DNA of 64,000 bases, taken from assembly GCA_004022145.1 (NCBI GenBank), contig RCNU01000011.1; one strand, given 5' to 3'. Positions 51,324 through 62,948 of the stretch are shown piece after piece. The translations under genes and the position numbers were made by a program. The notes beneath the pieces were generated by a model that ran no database searches, had not been told where the DNA came from, and saw only the letters and a program-made list of their open reading frames with translations. Source of the stretch: Paecilomyces variotii (lineage: Eukaryota). How positions within the stretch are numbered: the first letter of the stretch is position 1; every line of letters starts with the position of its first letter.

Positions 51324-52127
51324 CTAGTTGAAGATTCTTCCATCACTGCTGTCAACCAGAGCTCCTGTGGCAGAACGATCCTTCATGGAATAGATGTAGG
51401 CCTCTGCTACATCCTCTGGCCAACCCAATTCTCCTGTCAGCAGTGTCTTCCTCCAGTTTTCTTTCGCTTGTTCAGGGAGCCTGGCCAGCAATGGTGTCTG
51501 CACAACACCAGGCGCGACAACATTTACTCGGATAGGTGCCAAGTCCTTAGATAGCCCAAATCGCATACCCTCGGTTCCGGAAGCGAAGGCTGCGAGGACT
51601 GTCCAGTCTGCCTCAGGTCGCCGAGTCATGGATCCACTAGTAAGAGTAATTGAGGATCGATTCGAAATACGCATATATTTCGCAGCGAGCTTCCCTATAA
51701 TCAATGGCGCAAGGAAGCGAACAGTACCGGACTTGAGAATCGACGCAGGTGTCGAATCATTGAGAGGGACAACCTTGAGAGTATCACCAGCCGTGAAGAT
51801 AATATGGTCGATAAGCCGCTTTTCATTTGGTAATCCACTCGAGGCCAGTTCAAACAGTTTCCGCAGGTTGTCTTCCAGCTGGTCGGAAGAGCCGAGATCG
51901 CAGGGGGCTCCAGAGATGCGATGATGGAACTCACTACTATGATATGTAGTTTTCAGCTCAGTTATCGCACGCTGGACGTTTTCTTCCTGGGAACTCGTCA
52001 CAAAAACGGACGCTCCGTGTTCCAGGGCTGCCGCCGCAACGGAGAGTCCAATGCCCTTAGTTCCCCCGAAGATGAGAACAAACGAGCCATCGAGTTTGTT
52101 GATAGATTTGAACCTTATCTCACTCAT
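51324..52127 (-). CDS. Atypical SDR lacking YxxxK (MalC/PhqE-like subfamily)
   Basis: VLIFGGTKGIG, IDHIIFTAGD, GTVRF, ITLTSGS, RPEADW, IRVNVVAPG and PEDVAEAYIY. No Tyr-x3-Lys at the catalytic position. Confidence 0.88.
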   Translation of the reverse strand: MSEIRFKSINKLDGSFVLIFGGTKGIGLSVAAAALEHGASVFVTSSQEENVQRAITELKTTYHSSEFHHRISGAPCDLGSSDQLEDNLRKLFELASSGLPNEKRLIDHIIFTAGDTLKVVPLNDSTPASILKSGTVRFLAPLIIGKLAAKYMRISNRSSITLTSGSMTRRPEADWTVLAAFASGTEGMRFGLSKDLAPIRVNVVAPGVVQTPLLARLPEQAKENWRKTLLTGELGWPEDVAEAYIYSMKDRSATGALVDSSDGRIFN

Positions 52128-53019
52128 TTTAACAGAATAGTTCCAGTCACCGTATCAATTCTTTTCGCTTTTTCTTTTGTCACCTTGACTTCTGTTTCTA
52201 GTTCAGCCAAGCTGCCAGATATATCATAACTGCTATGTTGTCACTTCAATTCTTAGTGGGATGTGTATTAATAATTAGTAAACACCATGTAGCCTATATT
52301 ATAAGGCTAAGGGCCGCATTATTAACCGTCTCTTTCGTGCTGGGCAGTCATGCCTTGATATTATTGCACTGGGAAGTAGAGAATAACCGTTGCCTATATC
52401 AACCATAGCCGAAGAGCTATCCATAGTAACGCAAAGAACGGTTGGTCTCCGGAGCCTGAAATAATGCTTCCGGCGTTAGCTTCATATTTGTAATAGTCTC
52501 TGATCCACCTTTCAACGAAAATAGTCTCCCTAACTATAGCTTGTGCATATGAAGTTAGGAAGGCACAACCCGCTCTTCAAGTCAGATATGCCGACTTAGA
52601 GGGCTGCTCAAGAAATCAATCGGACAATTTGAATTCGAGTCAACACTGAAGGTTGTAAACTTATGGACGGCAAAGAAAAAAGAAAAGAAGAAAAAAAGAA
52701 AAAAAGGGGGAGCTACAAATAGATGCTTTGCTATTGCCATGAGACTATAAGATTCTTAAGGTTTATTTCAAGATTAGCCTGCGACTTCGGTATTTCATAC
52801 ATTTGATATAGTCCGTTCTTTTGGTTTTCAGGAAGGCTGTAACTACTTCTTCTGTGCGATATAGGTCTTATTTTCATTGAAACCAAGAACTACCATATCA
52901 AATAAAACATTCAGCATATGCTCAGTAATCAATGCATATACTGAAGCTTAAGATCCTTAGGATACAACAGGTAGATGCCAACAACTTGCCAGATCAAAAA
53001 AAAAAAAAAAAAATAACAT

Positions 53020-54867
53020 TCACTGAATGCTTTTTCCCAGCAGTCGCCCCATTGCTTTCCGCAGCAATTCTTTATGGCCAGAAGATGTATCTTCGGCCTT
53101 CCACGCAATGAAACCATCAGGCCTAATGAGCAACGCCATACCCGTACCTAATCTACCCTTGTTTCTCAACATTCCGCTATAGTCACGATACGGCTGAGAT
53201 GTTTCGTGTAAAGCATAACTGTCAATCTGGAAACTGAGATTCTTGGCAGCGAGGAGCCATGGAGAGGCAGTTTCAGCAGCCACGAGAACAAAGTTCTGCT
53301 TGATCAAGTCGAGACTCGAGATGTGTGTCCCACCTTGACACTCGAGGGGGATGTGAGGAAACCTAGAACCTGCAGAGCCACTAGGTGTATGTGGATCTTC
53401 GTAATCCTTGTCAAATGTATCGCACTCTGCCGGTATGATGGCTCCAGCATTATAGCGGCATCCAAACTCGACGGTGTAATATGGTTCTTCTGGTACTCGA
53501 GGTATCGTGTTCATGATCCGATTCCGGAAGCGACGGGTGGCTTGGTCAACAACGAAAGCGTCTACGGGCTTTCGCTCCGCCTCATAACTGCGCAACAACG
53601 AAGGTGACGCTCTCCCGGTTATAACATATGCCAACTTCCAAGCAAGATTGTGCGCATCCTGTGAGCGTCAGGAGGAGCATTCCTTGAGACCACCAGGGCA
53701 ACACTTACATTTATCCCGGTATTTCCCCCGAGTGCACCTGTCGGCGGCATTATATGAACAGCATCTCCTGCAAGAAGAACTCGACCTCCTTTAGACGTAA
53801 ACCTTTCTGCTATGTATGATGCCAGTGTCCAGTGAGCAAAGGACAACAGCTCCATATCTCCCTCCCTAAAACCACCGCACTCGTTGACATAGCGCTTGGC
53901 ATCCTCCTCTGTCACGGAGCCGGGAGGAAACTCTGTTTTCCCATCGATACTGTTTATCCATAGGAGTCCTCCTTCGCCACGGTTTTCCTGGCGGAACGCA
54001 CCGGTAATGTGAGGTGTTGTGATGTACATGACTCCATGTCGGCTGCGTGATCCCAAGAGTCGTTTAATATCAGCTTTGAATCTGATATTGAGACTGCTGC
54101 TGAGAATCCCATGTCCGCTCAATTCAATACCCTCTTTTCTGCGAGTAGAGCTCCGATTGCCATCACAAGCAACAAGATATTGTGTCTTGTATTTCTTGTA
54201 TTTCTGCGTACGGAGCTCTTGAACGACAACAATGACACCATCTGTTTTCTCTTCATAATGGACTATTTTCGTTTCGTACTGCGGGGTGTATCCAAACCTG
54301 GGTGCGTACTCCAGCAAGATAGGTTCCAACATGGCCTGATTCATCCAAAGCCAATTGGACGGAGTCACCTCCGCATCTCTTTTAGGATCATGTTCTTGGA
54401 CTTGTTGGATTACCTTACCGCCGATGAGCTTTTCAACAACGAGTAGTCCGGAATCGATATCGAATTCACGGACGCTTTCTGCCTGACAGACCTTCTCCAA
54501 ATTTATCTGTCGAAGGATTTCTGAAGTCCGGAAATTCAGACCCGTCGCACGTGGGTGGGACAGGATCGTGGCATGGCGGTCGAAGGAAGTACTTTTAACC
54601 CTATGCGGAAACAACGTAGGTTAATTCTCATGTCAATGATGTATACAGATATATTGAGAATACAAACCCCCAGTGACCCAGAAGTAAGCCCATGATCATG
54701 CCAACCAAGCTGGATCCCATCATTATGACTGGCCATTCTTCCTTCTCAAATGGAATAGAGGAAGCATCAAAACCATCCAGAATCAAATCTGTAGCTGCTG
54801 GCTTTGAGGCGTCTATTCTGTCATCCACCTCCTCCAAGCCCTTCGTCGTGGTACTAATTTGCGCCAT
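53020..54867 (-). CDS. FAD-dependent aromatic monooxygenase (FAD_binding_3; PheA/TfdB/RdmE-like); introns 54601-54667 and 53659-53708
   Basis: GSSLVG dinucleotide-binding start, HPRA, ACDGNRS (DG motif), LAGDAVHIMPPTGALGGNTG|DAHNLAWKL (GD motif), and C-terminal LLIRPDGFIAW. Confidence 0.92.
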
Positions 54868-55195
54868 GGCTCGGATACTGGCTTTGTGGGACTAGGACCA
54901 GGACGAGAAAAGAAAGCCTCAACTCTGCTATGTGAGGAAAGTAGAGAGAAAATAAGGTAACACGAGAGAGTTGAGTTCTTAAGATCTTGAATCGTAGTCC
55001 TTGCTCTAATAGTGCCCTTTTATTTCTCTGAAGTCAAGTCTGAGAAACCACTCAATCTTCAGTCAGCCCACCGAAAAGCGATATGAGCCGAAGTTTTGCA
55101 GGCATATTGTTTAGGCGAAGACCACCTATTGTCTGTAACGCACCTGAAAAATGTACACAAAGGTCTAATTCGTAATAACTGTCCGGATAGTTGCC

Positions 55196-55215
55196 CGGCT
55201 ACGGCGCCGTAGCCG
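55196..55215. promoter_or_regulatory. Perfect 20-bp palindrome CGGCTACGGCGCCGTAGCCG, candidate Zn2Cys6 site
   Basis: Self-complementary and centred in the divergent promoter of the FAD monooxygenase and the ABM gene. Confidence 0.6.
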
Positions 55216-55479
55216 CTGTTCTAACGGTAGAGGCATTGTACTCCCGAGGTTTGCTTACCCACAGGCTAAGTATTGCTTCTGCCGGTCGGTCCACATTGCA
55301 AGGAATCTTTCAGGGTCGACAAAAATGGATCAATGTGTCAAGAAGAGATATTTGCACTCACTTTAAATATCAGATATCATGCGCCTCACTAAAATCAGTG
55401 TCGTTGGTTTTTTTTTTATGCGCAAGCTTTGACATATAGCTGTCTTCTCTACATTATTTCTTCCGTCAACCATTGAATA

Positions 55480-55869
55480 ATGTCCGTGATTATCATTGTT
55501 CATCTATATACAAAAGATTCACCAGAAATGGTGGAAAAAGTGCATAAAACACTTCTTGAAGCGGCCCAGGTTTACAGACGAGATGAAGGAACTGTTGCAT
55601 GGCTACCCGTGCAAGACACTGCAGATCAACGAGCCTTTTCAATTTTTGAGAAGTTCGACTCGGAGAATGTATGTTGAATCCTATGTGCTTTTATTCCGTT
55701 ATTATTTGCTTTCAATTCTGGAAATAGAAGCAGTGCACTAGTTTTCTGACTGCAGGAGAAATAGAGCTTCAAAGCCCACCGTGAAAATCCATATCGGAAC
55801 GAATTCCTACCTACTCTCACTGCACTCTTAGACCGTCCGGTGCAGCAAAGCAAATACAGAGAATTGTGA
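55480..55869 (+). CDS. Small ABM/Dabb-barrel protein (antibiotic biosynthesis monooxygenase / quinol monooxygenase-like); intron 55669-55764
   Basis: Spliced product is about 97 aa: MSVIIIVHLYTK...RRDEGTVAW...AFSIFEKFDSEN|SFKAHRENPY, matching the ABM pattern (E-G, F/YE-x-F, AH). Confidence 0.8.
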
Positions 55870-55975
55870 CATTATCGTCAATTCCTTCATTCCTAAGCAG
55901 TTCTACTAGGTACTAAAGTAGTTAATGCTAGGATGTGGTTATGTCAAAATATTGTTCAGGAATTAGTTCATCTAG

Positions 55976-58277
55976 TCACACCAGACCGTTAAGCCCAGTT
56001 TCTTTCTCCGAAGACTCACTATGCCCAACCAGGCCACGAGTCGTAGTATTTTCTTTACCCTTAGTGTTCAGTCTCTCCCATATGCCGATTTTATCCCCAA
56101 AGAATTGCTTGTATCTGGGAATAGCACAGAATATCCGATCCAATTCCAATAGGCACGAAATAGACGCTTGCTTCCTTCTGTGGATCAGGTCTTCTTCGTA
56201 TGTTGATTGCGTTTCAACGGAATGAAACACCATAGCGGATAAGATAATCATCTCCCTTGACAGGGAAAGGTCAGAACACCTTTTTTTTCTTTCATAGATT
56301 GGAAGACAGACTCACGCGTAAATAGGAAACTCGTTGGCTTCGAAGAAGTTCGATATGTCGGTGGCCAGATCGCAAATCTGAATCGCAGCATAAAAGGCCA
56401 AATGAGTAGAAAAATCACGTTCGTCGACAGAATGCTTCGCATCATTGAGACTTGGTCGGTGCAAAAGTAGCAGGACTTGGTGATGTGTCAAAGACAATAA
56501 TAGACTAAATCGATTCCGATTCAAATCTCTGTTGTACTGCATACAGGGCTCGAGCCCTGCTTGCCAATTTTGCAGTTCCAAATGCATCTGAGCTTCCACA
56601 TCTTCCTGTGGCCGCTTAGACAAAGGTACTGGTGAATATTTGTAGCGGACTACATCAGTCACTGTGAAGTTTGTTAGCTACCCCAGTCAATGTGAACTGG
56701 ACAAGACGCCCGAGGTATGAAATTGCGCTGTACCGATCTTAGCTAATCTCAACATAGAAATCGTAAAATATGCTGTATACGAAGACTCGCCATCGATAAA
56801 ATCGTCCCTGGTAAGTTCCTCCACGTCGCAATCCCGTAGGTCGATCATTAGGGGTTTTCCGATTCCGAGGGCGAGCTGACGATCACGAATCTACAAAGGT
56901 TAGTCACTAGACGTAGTCAGAAATAAATGATACTGGGGGATAGTTTACGAAAAGGAGCCACCAGATCTTCTTCCATAGCCGTCTATCTTCTGCGGAGATC
57001 GTCGTATTTCTCGTGCTTCGATGCATTCCAATTGTTTGTGCCACACTGATAGCCATGCTCGCCCACCAGAAACAGTCTCTGTGACTGGGAGTAGGTCCGA
57101 ACCGAAATTGTAGCATAAATGTGGATTGAACAATCGTGACCCTGTCCAATTCGACATCATTATCATATAGGTGCCTAGCCTTATGGTAAAAATACTCCGT
57201 GGCATCCTGTCGGGAAGAGAACCCTGCGTTTGTAATGATCGATATTGGCGCATGGAGAGCCCCAATAAAAAATATGGTTTGTTTAAGCAATGGAGAAACT
57301 TTACCGGAGATCCATCTGTTTATGAACTTGTCCTTATTCAAGATAGGATAAAGAGGAAGAAAGTTCTGACAGAACGAGTCAAGCAAGCACTTCTCCAGCC
57401 TTTGAGACTCAATTAGACGTTTGTCGTCGCCGGTGATCTCAGAAGTCACATAACCCATATCGTTGAGCCCAAGTTCGATTGTTCGATGTACTTGCTTAGA
57501 ATCCAGTCGGTCGCTAAGCAGCCAAAAAAAGAGTGAAGACTCTCCTATATGTACCATTTGTCCACAATCTGCCATGCTATTTGAGCAGCGGCCACTTCCG
57601 TTTGGGTTACTCCCTGAGCGAATTTCTCCTCTCGATACGGTTTCAATATGAGGTCGAGCGAATGGTTCGTAAGGAGGCGTCGTACTGTCATTAGTGACTT
57701 GTTGTGATGGTGTCCCGACGTGCTGCTGTGAAGGCGTCCTTCGAGTACCGTTTCTCTTCGATATTTCAAAACGACCATGTCGACCTCTAACAAACACAGG
57801 AAAATTAGCGATCAGTCTAAAAAGGCGAAACCATACGTAAGATTCATAAACGGACCTGTATCTCTTAGAGTCAATAAAGGAGCATTCTGCTGAGCGCACT
57901 CGGCAATTAGAACAGGGCAAACCACGGCTGGCAGCATCACAGCGGACACGTTTGTCGTGACAAGCTCTACACGCGATCGAAGACCGTTTCCTTTTTGTTT
58001 CCCTACTAGACTTCACAACTGGGGATGGAGATTCAGGCATTTGAGTCTGCTGGTCTGCATTGCTTGCTTGGGGTTCGGGAGCAGTAGCAGAGTTGTCTAT
58101 CGTTGTGATGCAGGCATCATTGATTCCCGTAACTGGCTGCAGAGAAGCTAAGGCAGATATGAAAACGGCATCATTTCCGAGGTCTTCATTGTTTTCAGTA
58201 AAGCTGTCGATATCGAATTCAGGAAGATCGAAGAATTGGTCTTCTGCAGGACCGTTGGAGAGGTTGGTGCGTTCCAT
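55976..58277 (-). CDS. Zn(II)2Cys6 transcription factor with fungal_trans domain; introns 57787-57855, 56891-56948, 56662-56733, 56256-56315
   Basis: ACRACHDKRVRCDAASRGLPCSNCRVRSAEC binuclear cluster and middle homology region AQTIGMHR...RRLWKKIWWLLF|IRDRQLALGIGKP. Confidence 0.9.
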
Positions 58278-59032
58278 GGACAGGTCTATTCGTATAACTA
58301 GATTTGCAACAACGATTAACACGACGAGGTTTGAACAGTGAAGAACAGAGCCAAGTCACCAGGATACTTAGCCTGAGCACGTAGTCTCAGACACTCCGTG
58401 CTAGGCTCTGACAGATTCTAAAGCCCCCGCATTTTCGGGTCCAGAGTTTGGTAATCGAGACAGCGAATCAACAGGTATTGCGGTATCCTGAGCTCTAAGT
58501 GCGGTATGTAAGAGACAAACCTCATTGTTTGCGAAACACTTGTATCTCAAAGAAAATGGGGCATTTCTTTCATAGCAAAGCTCGATATATCATCAACTTG
58601 CCTCTAGCAGCTAGCGAGATAAAAAAGGAGAGCACGCCATTTCTGATATGAAAGCCGGACGCATAGTACAGTATATCGTACAGTCCTGTTTGTTTGTTTG
58701 TTTGTAAATCTCATAATGCATGACTAGGACTTCGAATACAAAGATAGTGAGGTGCGTCGTAGTTCCTTGCCTCCTCATATGAGAGGTATTAGTATCTTGC
58801 TACGGTGTGGAACTCATATCCCAAACTCCTATGCTTCTATTACCTCAGGAACTATAGGACAAACAATATTCAAATAAGTAATCAGAATTTATTCGAGAAC
58901 ATTTTATTAAATACAAAATCCGTGTTAAAATATTGTCGTGGTTGTAATTATTGACCTATGTACTCGTGAGCTGTCTAAAAACATCTATCCGAAACTGTTC
59001 CGCTTCTACTCCGCTTATACCTAAAATGGGAT

Positions 59033-59401
59033 GTTTTTCGGCCGGTGCGGAATGTTAACAAATGCGCAAGACCAATTATGCGAAGATTAGCACGTCGCTT
59101 TCATTAGTGCCCACTACGCAGAAGTCATGCCAATGCATTATTATAATAATAAGCTGCGAACAGCGTCATCGAGGGAGCTCACCGTGGATAGGAAATTGTA
59201 AGAAGCAGCTCTAGGGGTTCTAGTTGAACATTATAAGGGGTGCCAGCCTGTGATAACCGCTACACTGTGTATAGTCTTTTTGGCTGACTTCCTTCAAGAT
59301 GCACTATCATAGGTTCGAACTAAAATGTAGCGAGATTTTCCCGAATAGTTTGCTGAAGGGGATAAGGAATTACCAAATCCAGAAAGTTTTTCGGCCGGTG
59401 C
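59033..59401. promoter_or_regulatory. Exact 16-bp direct repeat GTTTTTCGGCCGGTGC at 59033-59048 and 59386-59401
   Basis: Two identical copies in the divergent promoter between the Zn2Cys6 gene and the dioxygenase. Each is followed within ~20 nt by AATGCGCA. Confidence 0.65.
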
Positions 59402-59613
59402 TAATGCGCATTATACTGAACTATACTGAGATCCACAAAACATCTAAGCTTTGCATGTATTAATATGCCTTATAACTTCACACAATGTACTTTCATAAGT
59501 GGGGAATCCTATCACATTACGGCTATATAAGAATCTACTCATAAGAGACTTTTGACTCCAGTCCCAAAATGCTATTCCGACAAAATTAGCACCAAACAGT
59601 TTAACAACTGAAG

Positions 59614-60477
59614 ATGCCATCTCTCGAGAAAGTAAGCAGAGCCCCTGCAATATTCATTTCACATGGCGCCGGTCCGTTTCCTCTCCTGAATGAAGACCAT
59701 GAGCCATGGAGGAAGATTATGCAGGGGCTTGCACATCTCCTCGAAAATGCCAAAGGCATCATACTATTCACAGCCCATTGGGAGACATACCAGCCTCACG
59801 TTTCTGGTTGCGATGATGCGCGCCTTTTCTATGACTATGCAGATATGGAGGAGGTCAAATCCTTTATTCCGAAGGAAGCCTACACGATCCGATATAATGG
59901 TCGGGGTGACTCCGCCCTTGCTACGAGAATCTCAGAACAACTTCGTGGTGTTGGGTTCGAGCCGGTCATTGATAACAGTCGGGGATGGGATCATGGTGTC
60001 TTTGTCCCAATGTCTATTTTGAGACCCAGCGGAGATATACCGATCGTACAGATGTCAGTGCTCAAACGAGATAATGAGCATCAGTCAACCAATGCAAATA
60101 TCCTCCTTGGACAAGCAGTCGAAAGTTTTAGGGATGAGGGTTATGTGATCTTGGGAAGCGGTGCCACCGCGCACAACTTTGAGGAAGCAATAAAGGTCTA
60201 CCTCAGCGATGATCGCAATCCGAAGGTGTCTGCTGAAAACGAACAATTTGCAGAGTTTCTTCGGCTTACAGCGTCTTGTTCGGACCCGCATCGGAGACGG
60301 GAGAAACTGTCCATGTGGAGGGAAGCTCCGGGTAGCTTCATTGCACATGCTCCTGGAAGTTCAGAACATCTCATGCCATTTATGGTCGTTGCTGGGAGCG
60401 GCGGACATGATACGGGGAAGAGAATGAATGTATGGGAGCTCGCTGGAGAACCAACTGCTTTCTATGTCTGGAGTTAG
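59614..60477 (+). CDS. Extradiol ring-cleavage dioxygenase, class III LigB / 4,5-DOPA dioxygenase-like
   Basis: Conserved His motifs of the LigB/DODA family: PAIFISHGAGP, TAHWET, RGWDHGVFVP, PIVQMS, GSGATAHN, AH...EHLMP. Intronless. Confidence 0.92.
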   Translation: MPSLEKVSRAPAIFISHGAGPFPLLNEDHEPWRKIMQGLAHLLENAKGIILFTAHWETYQPHVSGCDDARLFYDYADMEEVKSFIPKEAYTIRYNGRGDSALATRISEQLRGVGFEPVIDNSRGWDHGVFVPMSILRPSGDIPIVQMSVLKRDNEHQSTNANILLGQAVESFRDEGYVILGSGATAHNFEEAIKVYLSDDRNPKVSAENEQFAEFLRLTASCSDPHRRREKLSMWREAPGSFIAHAPGSSEHLMPFMVVAGSGGHDTGKRMNVWELAGEPTAFYVWS

Positions 60478-60799
60478 AGCTGCTGCGATGCATTTTAATT
60501 CTTGTGGTTCCTAAGATCTCAAAATGAACTATTTATCCAGTTAAGATGATATGTCATGTAGCTGCATCTTCTGCTCTCTAAAGACCGAAAAAGGTAGAGT
60601 GAGCAAGACGAACACGCGGTGTTGTTTATCTATCTCATTTGTCCCCTATACTTAGTAAGAGCACTGATATACACTGTTTCGAGATCCTTCTGTTCTGGGG
60701 TACTATTACACCACAAGCATAAATTCTTTGAAGTACTGATGAAACTAAGGGCGGAGAACATACATTAGGATCTATTAAATTCTTAGATCCAACACTGTT

Positions 60800-62004
60800 C
60801 TATTCCCTGATCTTCAACAACGATGCCACAGTGTCCTTGATAGACTCCCGCAAAGTGCGATATCTCAAGCCCAAGACATTTACCGATTTCGAATTGTCGT
60901 ACTGATAGATATCCTTCGGTAAATCTCCGGGAAGATTTCTAGGAGGAAGGACCACAGAAAGATGAGGATATTCTTCCCGGATAATGTCGACAATCTGCTT
61001 GTTATCATAATGTCCTGCAGTGACGAAGAACCTCTCATTCTCAGTACCCGTTGCCGTAAGTGCCCGAATGTGAGCACGTGCTAAGTCACGAACATCAACC
61101 CATAAGTAAAGATTAGTCGGTGGAATTGCATCCTTGTATTCTCCTTGGATGATATCCCGTATCCTAGTGTTCGACGTATTGATGTCGCGCAGCGATTCCA
61201 CGTGGTGTATAACAGGACCAAAGACGAGTGGAGGACAGAAAGTTGTCAGGGAGAAATGGGGCTTCTCCTTCTCCATAAAATCCCATGCTGCCTTCTCAGC
61301 AAGCTTCTTGCTCGCTGGATAGGTGACGGACGGACGCAATGCATCCTGATATGTCATTGGATTCCAAATGCTCTCCGAGTATGTGGCTGGATGACTATCG
61401 AAGTTGATCATTGCTGCAAACGAGGACGTGATGATGAATCGTTTCACCGAGGGGGCATATTCAGTCACGGAACGAAGGATTCCGATAGTTCCTTGGATGG
61501 CCGGCTGAAGTATTTCATTCTCAGGGTCATAGGGGTTATAGAAGTAAGGACTGGCAGTGTGGATGACAGCATCAAATGGCGCATTCGCCTGAAAAGCGTG
61601 ATCGAAGGCACCTTGTTTGACGAAATCGTCGATGACAACAAATGACACCCTCTTGTTTGCGGCATCGCGGTCGTGGCGATCAAGGATCTGTTGGCCTCTA
61701 CTGGTAGACCGAACGGCGAAAACAACCGTGTGTCTTGATAGTTAGCCCACACACATAGAGAGGGAGCGATACACAGAGAGAGAGATACAGAGAGAGAAGA
61801 TAATAGAAAGGAAGCCAAAAGAGAAAAATATAGAGCTGCAGAAGTTCTAGAGTGATCGGGATCCATACCCATGGTTCAAGAGATCATTGAGAATGTGGGC
61901 TCCAATGAAGCCACTCGCACCTATAGCAATAGTGCTATTCTCAGTGGGTGGTCGTCTAAGTTATCGATCGGTAGAAACATACCTGTTAGAAAAACCTTGG
62001 TCAT
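60800..62004 (-). CDS. NAD(P)H-dependent aldehyde reductase / extended SDR (Gre2/dihydroflavonol-reductase-like); introns 61921-61982 and 61734-61868
   Basis: Reconstructed N-terminus MTKVFLTG|ASGFIGAHILNDLLNHG|HTVVFAVRS, then VIHTASP, ITSSFAA, YPASKKLAE and WVDVRDLARAH. Confidence 0.9.
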
Positions 62005-62948
62005 TTTGTGTTTCAACTCAGCCTGTACACCCTGAAACGCGCACTGTGAAAATGTCTAAGTATGATTCTTCCCACCGCGGTGATCAAGTGCCATCCTCCA
62101 GAGCCTCTTATAGCTTAACGATGCATGCTTTGTAGTAATTTTTGGTACATTTCTTTAGGGGTGTTTCGGTTCGGCTCGGTCACACACTTAGGCTATCTTA
62201 GCTGTCGGCATACCTAAGTAGGTATGTACTTAGCCTGTCATGTCTTCTGCTCGTGAGTATTAGACGTTGCCACGACGGAATCTTCCCGATCCTTGGAATA
62301 TAGGCCCTTTCTGTATGGTAGTTACGAGGCCAATAGAGAGTATGTATATAGTAAAGAGGTTCGAATGGAAAGGCTCTATGCGAAGAGCGCGATGAACCAT
62401 GCAAAGATGTGCAGCACAGTGCATATCCATATCTCAAACGGTACCCTTCCACCATGATAACCCTATTGTAGTGATGATTCGATCCTTGGATGAACAGAAG
62501 CGAATCACTCCGTTCTGACCACGACAGCATTTGTCTCTGGTTATAGTTAGTTGTAATTGCTCATAAGTATTTACTCGTTCCAAACTAGGAAAGACTCTCG
62601 GCCGCGTCACTTCCTAGAACGGGTTAGTCGAATCCAGATAATTTCGAGGAATGAGTAATCCTTTTCTGCCTGAGGCTTCAAATGAGATTACATAGTCATT
62701 CGAGATCGAGTTCTCGAAATCGAATCCTCGAATGTTTATTTGTCACTTGGTAATCTCACGGTCGGCCAGATGCTCTTTTCGTGGCCAGATTTTGCCTCTT
62801 AGTAACTGAGCATCGCCATTGAGGATGGGTTTGTAATGCAAATCCGTGTTGGACATGGAAGTTGCGATACAGTTACTACTTATGCATGTAAGAAGAGGAT
62901 GCTCTGGCCCACGGCAGTCGACGGCTTCACGACTCTGCTGCGTTTACC

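Noticed and set aside
59614-60477. Calling the dioxygenase a betalain-pigment enzyme
   Set aside because: The LigB/DODA family is broad and no tyrosinase or P450 for DOPA formation is in the window; substrate is unknown.
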